This document shows positions 10,399-20,175 of a stretch of 64,000 bases of DNA, one piece after another. The notes under the pieces were generated by a model. It was not told where the DNA came from. It made no database searches and saw only the letters and a list, made by a program, of their open reading frames with translations. Made by a program: the position numbers and the translations under genes. Source of the DNA: Polyangiales bacterium (GTDB lineage Bacteria; Myxococcota_A; Polyangia; Polyangiales; JADJQN01); NCBI GenBank assembly GCA_964202905.1, contig CAXNJO010000005.1:128001-192000 (forward strand), read 5' to 3'. How positions within the stretch are numbered: position 1 is the first letter of the stretch; each line of letters begins with the position of its first letter.

Positions 10399-10959
10399 AT
10401 GACCGAGCCTGCGCCCGACCCGTCGACACCCACCGGGCCCGCGCCCGACCCATCGGCCCCGAGCGAGCCCGCGTCGCTCATCGTGGAGTGGTACCGCGTG
10501 GACGTCTCCGCGCGCGTCGCCCGCGTGCTCGTGCCGAGCATGCTGCTGATGACGCTCGGCGCGTCGCTCGCGGTGCTCGCGTCAGCGGGTCGCATCGACC
10601 TCGCGCAGGTGATGGACTCCTGGCACTGGCGCGTACCGATGACGGTGATGGGACTCGGCACGATCGCGTGGTCGGGCTTCCGCGCGATCTTCGGCCTGCA
10701 GCGCCTGCTCGCCGAGGACGCCTGCCTCGTCGTGCGGACGGATGCGCTCGTCTTCCTCGACGGGGGCCCGCGCTTCGAGACGCCGTGGGACGACCTCGAG
10801 GACATCGCGTGGGACGCGCCGTCCCGCGCCCTCGTGCTGCGCCTGCGCGACGGGCACGAGACGCGCCTCACACAGCGTTTCGCGGGCGTCGATGGTCCCG
10901 CGCTCGCGAAGCGCCTCGTGCGCGTCCGCCAGCGCGCGCTCTTCGGACTCGCGAACTGA
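10399..10959 (+). CDS. Hypothetical membrane protein (2 TM + small soluble domain)
   Basis: Starts 14 bp after the kinase stop; two hydrophobic segments; GC-biased third positions. Confidence 0.65.
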   Translation: MTEPAPDPSTPTGPAPDPSAPSEPASLIVEWYRVDVSARVARVLVPSMLLMTLGASLAVLASAGRIDLAQVMDSWHWRVPMTVMGLGTIAWSGFRAIFGLQRLLAEDACLVVRTDALVFLDGGPRFETPWDDLEDIAWDAPSRALVLRLRDGHETRLTQRFAGVDGPALAKRLVRVRQRALFGLAN

Positions 10960-10966
10960 ACGTCGT

Positions 10967-11340
10967 TCAGTAGCTGGACGCGGCCCCCGGCTGGATCGAG
11001 GTGTCCGCGGTCTCCTCCCCATCGATGTCCGTCTCCGACGACGCCTCGTTCGGCGCGCCCGCGACGAGCGTCGACGCATCCCCCGAGAGCGCCAGCGGTG
11101 CACCGAGGGAGTCACCGGCGCCGGGGCGGGACGCCTTCACGAACGCGGCCTGGGTCCAGGCCGTCGCGCCGCGCGTGAAGACGTAGGCCGCGACCGCGGC
11201 CGGCGCCGCATCGCTGGTCGGGTCGCCACCGACGCCGGTCGCCGCCGACGACTCTTCGTACGCGCCCACGGCGAGCACGCGTCCGTCCGCGGAGAACGAC
11301 ACCGAATGGCCGAACAGGTCGCCCGGCCCCGTGTTCGACG
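10967..11340 (-). pseudogene. Orphan degenerate FG-GAP/integrin-alpha-like repeat fragment (2 blades)
   Basis: SNTGPGDLFGHSVSFSADGRVLAVGAYEE..AYVFTR..WTQAAFVKAS..GDSLG, a paralogue of the blades in the upstream gene; no signal peptide or obvious start. Confidence 0.6.
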
Positions 11341-11440
11341 GCAGGACCCAGGGCCCTGCACCCGCGATGCCGCGACGCGTCGTCGTGGCGCCGAGTATCC
11401 GCGCGCGGCGGGGTGCTGCACAGCCCCCGAAGCCCCGCGG

Positions 11441-14197
11441 TCAGTACGCGTACACGGCGCCCGAATCCGGCTCGGCAGCGCTGGTCGCGTCGCCGCCGAT
11501 CCCCGTCGCGCCCGAGTCTTCGCCGGGCGCCGCGCCCACGAGCGTCTCGCCGTCCCCCGACATCGCGAGCACGGTGCCGAAGAAGTCGGTCGTCGCGGTG
11601 TTCGACGCCTTCACGTACGCCGTCTGCGACCAGACGCTCGCGACGCGCCGGAACACGTAGGCGGCCCCCGCGCCCGGTGCGGCGTTGCTGGCCTCGTCGC
11701 CGCCGATGCCGGTCGCCAGCGAGAACTCGTTGCTGGCGCCGACGAGCAACGTCGAGCCATCCATCGACAACGACACGGCGCTGCCGAAGTAATCGTTTCT
11801 CCCGACGTTCGAGGCCTTCACGTACGCGTCGAATCCCCACGTCGACATCGTCCGCCGATACACGTACACGGCACCGGAATACGGTGTGGCGTCGCTCGCG
11901 CCGTCACCACCGATTCCCGAGGACGACGAGCCTTCGTAGGGCGCCCCCACCGCCAGCGCGATGCCATCCGACGACAGCGCGACCGCGCGACCGAAGTTGT
12001 CGTCCAGCCCCGTGTTCGACGCCTTCACGTAGGCCTCCTGGGACCAGGTCGACGACACGCGCCGGAACACGTAGACGGCCCCCGCACCGAGCGTGGCATT
12101 GCTCGTCGCGTCGCCTCCGACGCCGACCGCGCTCGAGTCCTCTTCGGGCGCACCGACCGCGAGCACGAGCCCGGACGCGAGCGACACCGCGCTCCCGAAC
12201 AGGTCGCCGGCGCCCGTGTTCGACGCCTTCACGTACGCTTCCTGCGACCACGCGCCGAGCGCACGCCGGAACACGTAGACGGCGCCCGCGTCCATGGCCG
12301 ACTCGCTGGTCTGGCTCCCACCGATCCCCGCCGCGCCCGAGTCCTCACGGGGCGCGCCCACGGCGAACGTCACGCCATCCGGCGAGACCGCGACCGCCGT
12401 CCCGAACTCGTCCCCGGCCCCCGTGTTCGAGGCCTTCACGTACGCCTCCTGCGCCCACACGCCCATCGTGCGGCGGAACACGTACGCAGCCCCCGCATCC
12501 GCCGCGGCGTTGCCCGCCTGCGCCCCGCCGATCCCGGTCGCCGAGGCGTCCTCTTTCGACGCGCCCACGACGAGCACCGAGCCGTCGGACGAGAGCGCCA
12601 CCGCCGCGCCGAAGCCGTCGTAGGGCTCGGTGTTGGACGCCTTCACGTAGGCCTCCTGCGCCCATGTGCCCGCGGTGCGGCGGAACACGTAGACGGCGCC
12701 CGCGCCGGCCGCGCCGTCGTTCGACTGCACGCCGCCGACCCCCGTCGCGCTCGACGCCTCTTCGCACGCGCCGACCGCCAGCGTCGCGCCGTCGGCCGAG
12801 AGCGCCAACGAGCAGCCGAATTGATCGACGCTGCCCGTGTTCGACGCCTTCAGGTAGACGCCCGAGCGCACGAGCGTGATCGTGTACGTGCGCGAGACGC
12901 CGCTCTCCGCCGTGACGACCACGACGATTGCGCGCGGCGCGAAGCCCGGGCTCGCCGCGAGCTCCACGGGTGTTCCGCTCGCAGAGACGACACCATCGAC
13001 GGCGATGGTCGCGCCTGCCGGGAACGCCACGCGCGGCGTGAGCGTCGCCGAGGTCGCGCCGGGCGCGAGCACGAGCGCGTACTCCGTCGTGTCCCCCGCG
13101 AAGGACGGCCCGAGCGCGGCGCCTGCGCCGACCGAGAGCGCCGAGAGCGCCGGGTCGTCCCACACGCAGCCCCCCGCCCCGCGCCCGTCGCCCGCGAAGC
13201 CGGGCGGGCACGCGCACGCGAAGTCGCCGACGCCGTTCACGCAGGCCTCCGGCATGTCGTCGCAGTCGTCGGTGTTCGTCGCGCACTCGTCGACGTCGGC
13301 GCAGCCGGCCGCGCCGCGCCCCGTCCCCTCGTAACCGGGCGGACACGTGCACGCGTAGTCACCCGGCGCGTTGACGCAGACCGCGGCGGGTGCGTCGTCG
13401 CAGTCGGCCATCCCTTCGACACACTCGTCGACGTCGGCACACGTGATCGTCGGCGTCGCCGCCGCGCGGTAGCCCGACGGGCAGAAGCACGCGTACGAGC
13501 CGGCGTTGTCCACGCACGTCCCGGGGCCGCACGGGTTCGTCACCGCCGCGCATTCGTCCGCGTTCACGCACGCCGCCCCAGCACGCATGTACCCGGCGGG
13601 GCACGGGACGGCCGCGTCGACGCCGGCGTCGGCGTCCCCCGCGTCCGGATCGCCCGCGTCGACACCGAGGTCGCGCGCGCCGCCATCCCCCGCGCCCGGA
13701 TCGCGTGCCGGGTCGAACGGCTCGAGCGTCCCCGGCTCGACGAACGCATCGACGCACGCGCCGTCGCTGCACGTCTGGTCGTCGCCGCAGCGCACGCCCG
13801 CGCAGCGCTCCCGCAGGTGCAGGCGCACGATCCGCCGCTCGCCCTCGACGAAGCGCGTGCGCACCTGCGCCTCGACGCGATCGATCCCCGCGAGGCGTCC
13901 GATGGCGCGGATCCGCACGGGCGTGCTGCCCGGCTCCCGCGGCCGCACGCCGAGTGTCACCGGGAGCCGCGCCGCGCCCGCGAGGCTCGTCTTCGCCTCG
14001 AGCGGGATGGCCTCCGTGCCCTCGATCGTCACGAGCACCTCGTCGAGCGCGCCCGGCACCGCGAGGTCGGAGTCGACCACGACCACCAGCTCGGTGAGCG
14101 CCGGCGTGCACGCAGGCAGCACGACGAGCGAGAGCGCCGCGAGGAGCGAGACCGCGGCGGGAAGAAGCGCGAAGCGACGAGGGAAGCGCGAGGACAT
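11441..14197 (-). CDS. Surface lipoprotein: cbEGF repeats + cadherin-like beta-sandwich + 7-blade FG-GAP (integrin-alpha-like) propeller
   Basis: Lipobox VLPAC; three DECxx..CVxxxGxY/FxCxC EGF modules; LxPSFxxDTTEY..VTAESGVSRTYTITL sandwich; seven Y(V/L)KASN..DxFG..LAVGA..GAVYVF repeats. Confidence 0.88.
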   Translation of the reverse strand: MSSRFPRRFALLPAAVSLLAALSLVVLPACTPALTELVVVVDSDLAVPGALDEVLVTIEGTEAIPLEAKTSLAGAARLPVTLGVRPREPGSTPVRIRAIGRLAGIDRVEAQVRTRFVEGERRIVRLHLRERCAGVRCGDDQTCSDGACVDAFVEPGTLEPFDPARDPGAGDGGARDLGVDAGDPDAGDADAGVDAAVPCPAGYMRAGAACVNADECAAVTNPCGPGTCVDNAGSYACFCPSGYRAAATPTITCADVDECVEGMADCDDAPAAVCVNAPGDYACTCPPGYEGTGRGAAGCADVDECATNTDDCDDMPEACVNGVGDFACACPPGFAGDGRGAGGCVWDDPALSALSVGAGAALGPSFAGDTTEYALVLAPGATSATLTPRVAFPAGATIAVDGVVSASGTPVELAASPGFAPRAIVVVVTAESGVSRTYTITLVRSGVYLKASNTGSVDQFGCSLALSADGATLAVGACEEASSATGVGGVQSNDGAAGAGAVYVFRRTAGTWAQEAYVKASNTEPYDGFGAAVALSSDGSVLVVGASKEDASATGIGGAQAGNAAADAGAAYVFRRTMGVWAQEAYVKASNTGAGDEFGTAVAVSPDGVTFAVGAPREDSGAAGIGGSQTSESAMDAGAVYVFRRALGAWSQEAYVKASNTGAGDLFGSAVSLASGLVLAVGAPEEDSSAVGVGGDATSNATLGAGAVYVFRRVSSTWSQEAYVKASNTGLDDNFGRAVALSSDGIALAVGAPYEGSSSSGIGGDGASDATPYSGAVYVYRRTMSTWGFDAYVKASNVGRNDYFGSAVSLSMDGSTLLVGASNEFSLATGIGGDEASNAAPGAGAAYVFRRVASVWSQTAYVKASNTATTDFFGTVLAMSGDGETLVGAAPGEDSGATGIGGDATSAAEPDSGAVYAY

Positions 14198-14272
14198 CGC
14201 CGCGAGTATCGGCGGGCCTGCACGCGCTTGCCAAGCGCGACGCGCGCGATCGGCTCCGCCGACCGGCGGCGT

Positions 14273-16153
14273 TCAGCCGTCGACGACGTCCGCCGCGCGG
14301 GCGTCACCCATCTCGACGCCGCCCGCCGGGAAGTACTCCGACCAGCGCCGCGCGACGAGGGCCTCCGTCTCGGGCGCAGCCTCGACGGCCTTCGGATACC
14401 AGGGCTTCATGCGCGCATCGAGCACGACGGGCCCCTCGTAGGCGAGGTGGTGCCGCTGCACGCGCACGTCACGCGCGTGCAGATCGTTCGCGGGCTCGAA
14501 GCGCGTGAACACCGTCCACAGGAACGCGGGCACGCTCGACGTCGCGCGCGCCGCGTCGTCGACGAGCGCGACGAAGGGCCACGCGGCGAGGCGCGGATCG
14601 GCCGCGAGGCGACGGAGCGCGTCGTCGTCGCGCGGGTGCTGCGCGCCCTCCGGCGCCGACGGATAGCGCGGCCCCGACACGACGAGCGCCCCCGGACAGA
14701 ACGCGCGCGCCTGCGAGAAGCCCTCGGGCGGTGGCCCCTGCCACGCCTGCGGCAGGTCGCGAATCGCGGGCCCGACACCCAACATCACACCCTTGCTGCC
14801 CTTGTTCACCTCGGGTCCCGCGTAATCGAGCGTGTCCATCGCCGAGTTCGAGAACACGTAGAGATCCGTGGGCCACGAGACGCGCGCGAGCACGTGCTCG
14901 AACACGGCGCGGAAGTCCTTGAGATCGAGCGGCGCGTCCGTGACGAGCAGGAACTTCGTCAGCGACAACTGCCCCTCTCCGAGGACGCGAAACGCGCTCA
15001 CGAGCGCCTCGCGCGGATACCGCTCCTTCACGACGGCGGCGGTGAGCGCGTGAAACCCCGTCTCGCCGTACGACCAGAGATCCCGCACCGTGGGCATCAC
15101 CACCGGGAAGAGCGGCGAGAGGAGCTCTTGCAGGTATTCACCGATGAAGAAGTCCTCCTGGCGCGGCTTGCCGACGACCGTCGCGGGCCAGATCGCGTCT
15201 TTGCGGCGAAACACACGCTTGCACTCGAAGACGGGATAATCGTGCTGGAGTGAGTAATAGCCGTAGTGGTCGCCAAACGGCCCTTCCGGACGGCGCACGC
15301 GCGGCGGCACGACGCCCGAGAGCACGAACTCCGCGCGACCGACGAGCGGGTGCGGCGAGCGCGCGTCGTGGACGAGCGGCAGCTTCTCGCCGAGCAGCAG
15401 CGACGCGAGCATCAGCTCGGGCACGCCCTCGGGCAGCGGCGCGATGGCGCTCAGGATGAGCGCGGGCGGACCGCCCACCGTGATCGAGAGAGGCAGCGCC
15501 TCGTCGCGCGCCTCGGCGAGCTGGTGGTGAAAGCCGCCGCCCTTGCCGATCTGCCAGTGAATCCCGGTGTGCGCGTCGTCGTAGCGCTGCACGCGGTACA
15601 TCCCGAGGTTGTGCTCGACGTGGTCGCCGTGCGCGGGGTCGTGCGGGCCGGGGCGCTCCGTGTAGACGAGCGGCAGCGTGACGAAGTGCCCGCCGTCCTC
15701 GGGCCAGAGCTTCAAGAGCGGCAGCTCGCCGAGGCGCGGCGGCTCGTCGACGGCCTCCGTGATCGGCCCGCGCCCGCTGTGCTTCATCCCGATGCGCAGG
15801 CCCTGCGAGAGAAACGCGCGCTGCTTCCAGAGCCGGCCCGGCGTCGGCGGCAGCATCGTCTGCGGCAGCGCCGCGGCCTGCCGCACGAACGCCTGCGGAC
15901 GCGCGCCGAACGCGAGCGACACGCGGCGCGAGGTGCCGAAGAGGTTCGTGACGACGGGATACGGCGAGCCCTTCACGCGTCGGAAGAGGAGCGCCGGCCC
16001 CTGCGCCGCGATCACGCGGCGGTGGATCTCGGCGAGCTCGAGGGTCGGATCGACCTCCGCGTCGATCGTCACGACCTCACGTTCGCGCTCGAGCAGGGCG
16101 AGGAGCGCACGCAAATCACGCAGCATGGGAGCGTCGGCAGGGGTGTCGGCCAT
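14273..16153 (-). CDS. UbiD-family (prFMN-dependent) decarboxylase, long form
   Basis: VDPTLELAEIHRR, PVVTNLFGT, NLGMYRVQ, EGPFGDHYGYYS, TVVGKPRQED, DTLDY. Confidence 0.92.
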   Translation of the reverse strand: MADTPADAPMLRDLRALLALLEREREVVTIDAEVDPTLELAEIHRRVIAAQGPALLFRRVKGSPYPVVTNLFGTSRRVSLAFGARPQAFVRQAAALPQTMLPPTPGRLWKQRAFLSQGLRIGMKHSGRGPITEAVDEPPRLGELPLLKLWPEDGGHFVTLPLVYTERPGPHDPAHGDHVEHNLGMYRVQRYDDAHTGIHWQIGKGGGFHHQLAEARDEALPLSITVGGPPALILSAIAPLPEGVPELMLASLLLGEKLPLVHDARSPHPLVGRAEFVLSGVVPPRVRRPEGPFGDHYGYYSLQHDYPVFECKRVFRRKDAIWPATVVGKPRQEDFFIGEYLQELLSPLFPVVMPTVRDLWSYGETGFHALTAAVVKERYPREALVSAFRVLGEGQLSLTKFLLVTDAPLDLKDFRAVFEHVLARVSWPTDLYVFSNSAMDTLDYAGPEVNKGSKGVMLGVGPAIRDLPQAWQGPPPEGFSQARAFCPGALVVSGPRYPSAPEGAQHPRDDDALRRLAADPRLAAWPFVALVDDAARATSSVPAFLWTVFTRFEPANDLHARDVRVQRHHLAYEGPVVLDARMKPWYPKAVEAAPETEALVARRWSEYFPAGGVEMGDARAADVVDG

Positions 16154-16234
16154 GGGCTTCGCGAGTGTAGCGACGACGTGGGGCCACGTCCGCGCGCCGA
16201 CCACTGCGGCGACGCTGCGCCACGGCGCGCGCGC

Positions 16235-17113
16235 TCAGCCGAAGAGCGCGGCCGTGATCGGCAGGGCCGGCGCGCCTGTCGGGCCCGTGAGCACGCGGCG
16301 CGCCTCGAGGTCCGCGGCGAGGCACGCATCCGCGAGCGCGACGCGCGCCTCGCACGACGCAGGGAGCGCCGGCACCGCGAGCGGCAGCGCGAGCGCGCGC
16401 ACGGGCGCGTCGCTCGAGAGCAGATGCTCGTGCAGCGCGTGCCCGAGCGCGAGCACCGCCGCGCCGCCCGCAGCGACCTCGGCGATGAGCGCGTGCGCGT
16501 CCGCGGACGCGAGCGCCGCCTGGACCGCCGCGCCACGCGCCGCCGCGACGAGGACCACCACGCCCCCCTCGTCGAGCATCGAGAGCGCGTCCTGCTCGCG
16601 CGTGCGCGCCCCCGGCAGACGCGGTGCGCCGTCGACGACGTGCCCGCGGAGCGCGGCCCGCTGCCGCGCGTTCACCGCGCGCTTGCTCGCGGGGAACGTC
16701 GCCCAGACCAGCATGTTCAGGAAGTCGTGCCAGCACGCGGCGCGGCTCGGCACCTCGCCCCGCACGTAGATCCGCTCGTCGTAGAGGGTCGCGACCTCCA
16801 CCGGCGCGCGGCGCCGGCGCGCGCGCGTCTTCGGCGGCGACGGCGCGAAGGTGATCGGCACGCCCGCGGCCGAGACGAGCGGCCCCGCGAGCCCGCCCGC
16901 CTCGAGCGCCGCGCGCCACCCCTCGGGCGCCGGCCACGCCGCGCAGCCCGCGAAACACGCCGCCGCGGGCCCGAGCACCGCGTGCGCCGGGTGCCCGGCG
17001 ACGAAGCCCGCGTCCCAGTCCGCGCGCGGCACGAGCGGCCCGCGCAGCGCCGTCCACGCGGCGTCGCGCACGGCCCCGCGGCCCTCAACAGAGATAACGC
17101 TCACCGGTATCAC
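16235..17113 (-). CDS. DUF3025-family protein (start uncertain)
   Basis: YDERIYVRGEVPSR..WHDFLNMLVWATFPASK..RTREQDALSMLDEGGVV..GHALHEH. Confidence 0.78.
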   Translation of the reverse strand: MIPVSVISVEGRGAVRDAAWTALRGPLVPRADWDAGFVAGHPAHAVLGPAAACFAGCAAWPAPEGWRAALEAGGLAGPLVSAAGVPITFAPSPPKTRARRRRAPVEVATLYDERIYVRGEVPSRAACWHDFLNMLVWATFPASKRAVNARQRAALRGHVVDGAPRLPGARTREQDALSMLDEGGVVVLVAAARGAAVQAALASADAHALIAEVAAGGAAVLALGHALHEHLLSSDAPVRALALPLAVPALPASCEARVALADACLAADLEARRVLTGPTGAPALPITAALFG

Positions 17114-17990
17114 AGAGGATGGTCACGACGCGCTGCCCCGGCGCGAGCGTCTTGGCGACCTCGACCGCCGCGTGCACGTTCGCGCCCGCGCTCGGCCCCG
17201 CGAGGATGCCCTCCTCGCGCGAGAGGCGGCGCATCGCGCGGTCCGCCGCGACATCCGACACCGTGACGATCTCGTCGTAAACGCGGGTGTCGAGGATGCG
17301 CGGCACGAAGCCTGCGCCGAGCCCCTGGATGCCATGCAGCCCCGGCTTGCCCCCAGAGAGCACCGCGCTCGCCTTCGGCTCGACCGCGACGATGCGCACC
17401 CCGGGTCGACGCGCGCGCAGCACGCGCCCGACGCCCGTGAGCGTGCCCCCCGTGCCCACGCCCGCGACGAACGCGTCGACGGCGCCGCCCGTCGCGCGCC
17501 AGATCTCCTCGGCCGTCGTGCGCGCGTGCGCATCCGGGTTCGCGGGGTTCTCGAACTGCCGTGGCATGAAGGCGTCCGTCTCCTTGCGGATCTGCGTCGC
17601 GCGCTCGACCGCGCCGCTCATGCCCTCCTGCGCCGGCGTGAGCACGACCTCGGCGCCATACGCGCGCAGGATCAGCCGCCGCGCGAGGCTCATGTCCTCG
17701 GGCATCACGAGCACGCAGCGGTAGCCGCGCACCGCGGCGATCATCGCGAGCGAGATCCCCGTGTTCCCGCTGGTCGCCTCGACGATCGTCGCGCCCGGGG
17801 CGAGCTTGCCCTCGGCCTCGGCCGCGTCGATCATCGCGAGCGCCGCGCGGTCCTTCACGCTGCCGCCCGGGCCCGCGCTCTCGAGCTTGGCGACGACCTC
17901 GGCGCCGCCCTTCGGGGAGAGCGCGCGCAGGCGCACGAGCGGCGTGCGGCCGATGAGCTCGGTGATTCCGTCGTAGATGCGGTCGTCCAA
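17085..17990 (-). CDS. cysK: Cysteine synthase A (probable TTG start)
   Basis: IGRTPLVRL, KLESAGPGGSVKDR (PLP Lys), EATSGNTG, GVGTGGT, HGIQGLG, CDTGERYL. Confidence 0.95.
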   Translation of the reverse strand: MDDRIYDGITELIGRTPLVRLRALSPKGGAEVVAKLESAGPGGSVKDRAALAMIDAAEAEGKLAPGATIVEATSGNTGISLAMIAAVRGYRCVLVMPEDMSLARRLILRAYGAEVVLTPAQEGMSGAVERATQIRKETDAFMPRQFENPANPDAHARTTAEEIWRATGGAVDAFVAGVGTGGTLTGVGRVLRARRPGVRIVAVEPKASAVLSGGKPGLHGIQGLGAGFVPRILDTRVYDEIVTVSDVAADRAMRRLSREEGILAGPSAGANVHAAVEVAKTLAPGQRVVTILCDTGERYLC

Positions 17991-18108
17991 GGGGGCCCTG
18001 CGCTCGGAGGTTCGGGGACGCGCGGAGCCTAGCGCGAACCCGCGCCGTTCACGCGACGACGGAATCACCCCCGCCGCGCGCCGTCCGCGCGCCTCGCCGT
18101 GGCGCGCG

Positions 18109-20085
18109 TCAGTAGGTGAGGTCGTCGCGGTCGGCGGCGCGGAAGACGCCCGCCTCGCGGAAGATGCGCACGAGCTCCCCGTCGACGTGCCCGTCGCGCA
18201 CCTCGTAGCCGAGGATGTCGAGCGCACGCTCCGCGGGCATCGCCTTCTTGTAGGGGCGATCGCGCGCCGTCAGCGCGTCGTAGATGTCCGCGATGCTCAT
18301 GATCTTCGATTGCAACGGTATCTCTTCTGCGGAAAGACGGTTCGGGTAGCCCGAGCCGTTCAGCCGCTCGTGGTGCGAGCCCGCGATGATCGGCACGCGG
18401 TCGAAGCTCTTCCCCCAGGGGATCCGCGCGAGGAAGTTGTACGTGTGCGAGACGTGCGAGCGGATCTCGTCGAGTTCACCCGACGAGAGCGAGCCGCGCG
18501 TCACCTGCAGCGCGACGACCTCCTCGGGCCGCAGCAGCGTCCGCACCTCGCCGGCCGCGTCGGTGTACGTGATGCGCCCGAGCTCCGCGATCCGCCCGAA
18601 TTCCCCCTGCCGCAGCACCGTGGGTTCGTTCGCATCGCGGATCACGCGCCACGCCTCGTCGAGCTCCGCGCGCCGGTGCGCGAGCTCGTCGTCGAGCCGC
18701 AACAGCGCGGCGCCCTCCGCGCCGAGCCGCATCAGCTCGAGTTTGCGCGCGAGCACGTCGACCTCGATCGCCTTGCCGACGTAGTCCAGCCGCTGTCGGA
18801 TCGCCTCGAGGTCGTGCGGGTAGAGCTTCTTCGCCTTGACCAGCACCTGCTCGCGCACGCCGATCTTGCCGAAGTCGTGGAGCAGCGAGGCGTACTCGAG
18901 CTCCTTCAGATCGCGCTTCGTGAAGCAGGCCTCCGCGTACGGCCCGTGATCGACGGTGTCGACGACCTCGGCGAGCCGGCACGAGAGCACCGAGACGCGC
19001 AGGGAGTGACCGCTCGTCGTCGGGTCGCGCTGCTCGATGGCCTGCACGCTCGCGCGCACGAACCCCTCGAAGATCGCCTGGATCTCCTTGTAGAGCATGG
19101 CGTTTTCGAGCGCGATGGCGGCCTGCGAGGCGAGCGTCTGCAGCAGCTCCTCCGAGCGCGCGTCGAAGGGCACGACGAGCGCGTCGAAGTCCGCGAGCGT
19201 CGTGAGGCGGCGCTCGGGCGCGCGCTTCTTGTTGATGAGCTGGATGACGCCGATGACCTCCTCGGCCGCGCTGATGAGCGGGACGCAGATCATCGAGCCG
19301 CTGCGGTAGCCGACCTTCTCGTCGAAGCTGCGGTCGAAGCCGTAGGGCGCGTCGCCGGGGATCTCGTAGACGTCCGCGATGCTGATCGGGCGGCGCGTGA
19401 GCACCGCCGCGCCCGAGATCGAGCGCATCGACACGGGCATCGTGAACTCGCTCGACTCGAACTTGCACGACTCGTTCTGCGAGAGCTTGAAGCGCAGCGT
19501 GCGGCGCCGGTCGTCCGGATCGCTGCCCTCGAGCACGTAGATGGAGCCCGCGTCGGCGCCCGTGATGAAGCGGGATTTCTCGAGGATCAGCGTGAGCAGC
19601 GCGTCGATGTCGCGCTCCTGCGTGAGCGCGCGCGCGATCGTGACGAGCTCGTTCAGCTCGTAGCGCGAGCGGCTGAGCTGGCGGCTCTTCTCCTCGGCGC
19701 GCTGCAACAGATCGACGCGCGCGAGCATCCCCTGCACGTCGACGTAGAGCGACTCGGTGAGGTTCGGATCCTCGACGACCGTGATCATCGCGCCGGGCGG
19801 CAGGCGCTCGACGAGCCCCGCGGGCGCCGGCCCGAGCAGCACCACGCCCGCCTGCCCCGACGCGACGGCCGCCAGCCATGGCGCGAGCGGGTCGTGCTGC
19901 AGCGTGTCGACGTCGACGAGGACGACGAAACCCTGACCGAGCCGGACCTCGGCGACCTCGCCGACGAGCGAGATGGTCGCGCAGAGCCGCAGCTCTGCGC
20001 GCAGCTGGCGCACGGCGACCGCGAGCCGACCCGCGCCCTGCTCCGTGCCCGCGCCCGGCTCCCCCCGCCCGTTGTCGCCAACCAT
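18109..20085 (-). CDS. GAF + HD-GYP c-di-nucleotide phosphodiesterase
   Basis: GAF (ADAGSIY..SMICVPL..IGVIQLINK..LASQAAIALEN); DPTTSGHSLRV, LLHDFGKIG, HHERLNGSGYP, IADIYDALT. Confidence 0.92.
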   Translation of the reverse strand: MVGDNGRGEPGAGTEQGAGRLAVAVRQLRAELRLCATISLVGEVAEVRLGQGFVVLVDVDTLQHDPLAPWLAAVASGQAGVVLLGPAPAGLVERLPPGAMITVVEDPNLTESLYVDVQGMLARVDLLQRAEEKSRQLSRSRYELNELVTIARALTQERDIDALLTLILEKSRFITGADAGSIYVLEGSDPDDRRRTLRFKLSQNESCKFESSEFTMPVSMRSISGAAVLTRRPISIADVYEIPGDAPYGFDRSFDEKVGYRSGSMICVPLISAAEEVIGVIQLINKKRAPERRLTTLADFDALVVPFDARSEELLQTLASQAAIALENAMLYKEIQAIFEGFVRASVQAIEQRDPTTSGHSLRVSVLSCRLAEVVDTVDHGPYAEACFTKRDLKELEYASLLHDFGKIGVREQVLVKAKKLYPHDLEAIRQRLDYVGKAIEVDVLARKLELMRLGAEGAALLRLDDELAHRRAELDEAWRVIRDANEPTVLRQGEFGRIAELGRITYTDAAGEVRTLLRPEEVVALQVTRGSLSSGELDEIRSHVSHTYNFLARIPWGKSFDRVPIIAGSHHERLNGSGYPNRLSAEEIPLQSKIMSIADIYDALTARDRPYKKAMPAERALDILGYEVRDGHVDGELVRIFREAGVFRAADRDDLTY

Positions 20086-20175
20086 GGTGGGCGTGACTCG
20101 TAGCACGGCGCCGTGCCCGGGCGCGACGCCCCACGCGCTTGATCGGGGCCATGGCCCGTGGGAAAACGCGCCCCG

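Noticed and set aside
5984..10453. 1489-aa ORF as a single fusion protein
   Set aside because: It joins the antisense of pyk and the kinase to two separate real genes through the ~6870 frameshift.
14221..14240. Sigma54-like TGGCA..TGCA upstream of the integrin-like gene
   Set aside because: GG-to-GC spacing is 9 rather than the required 10.
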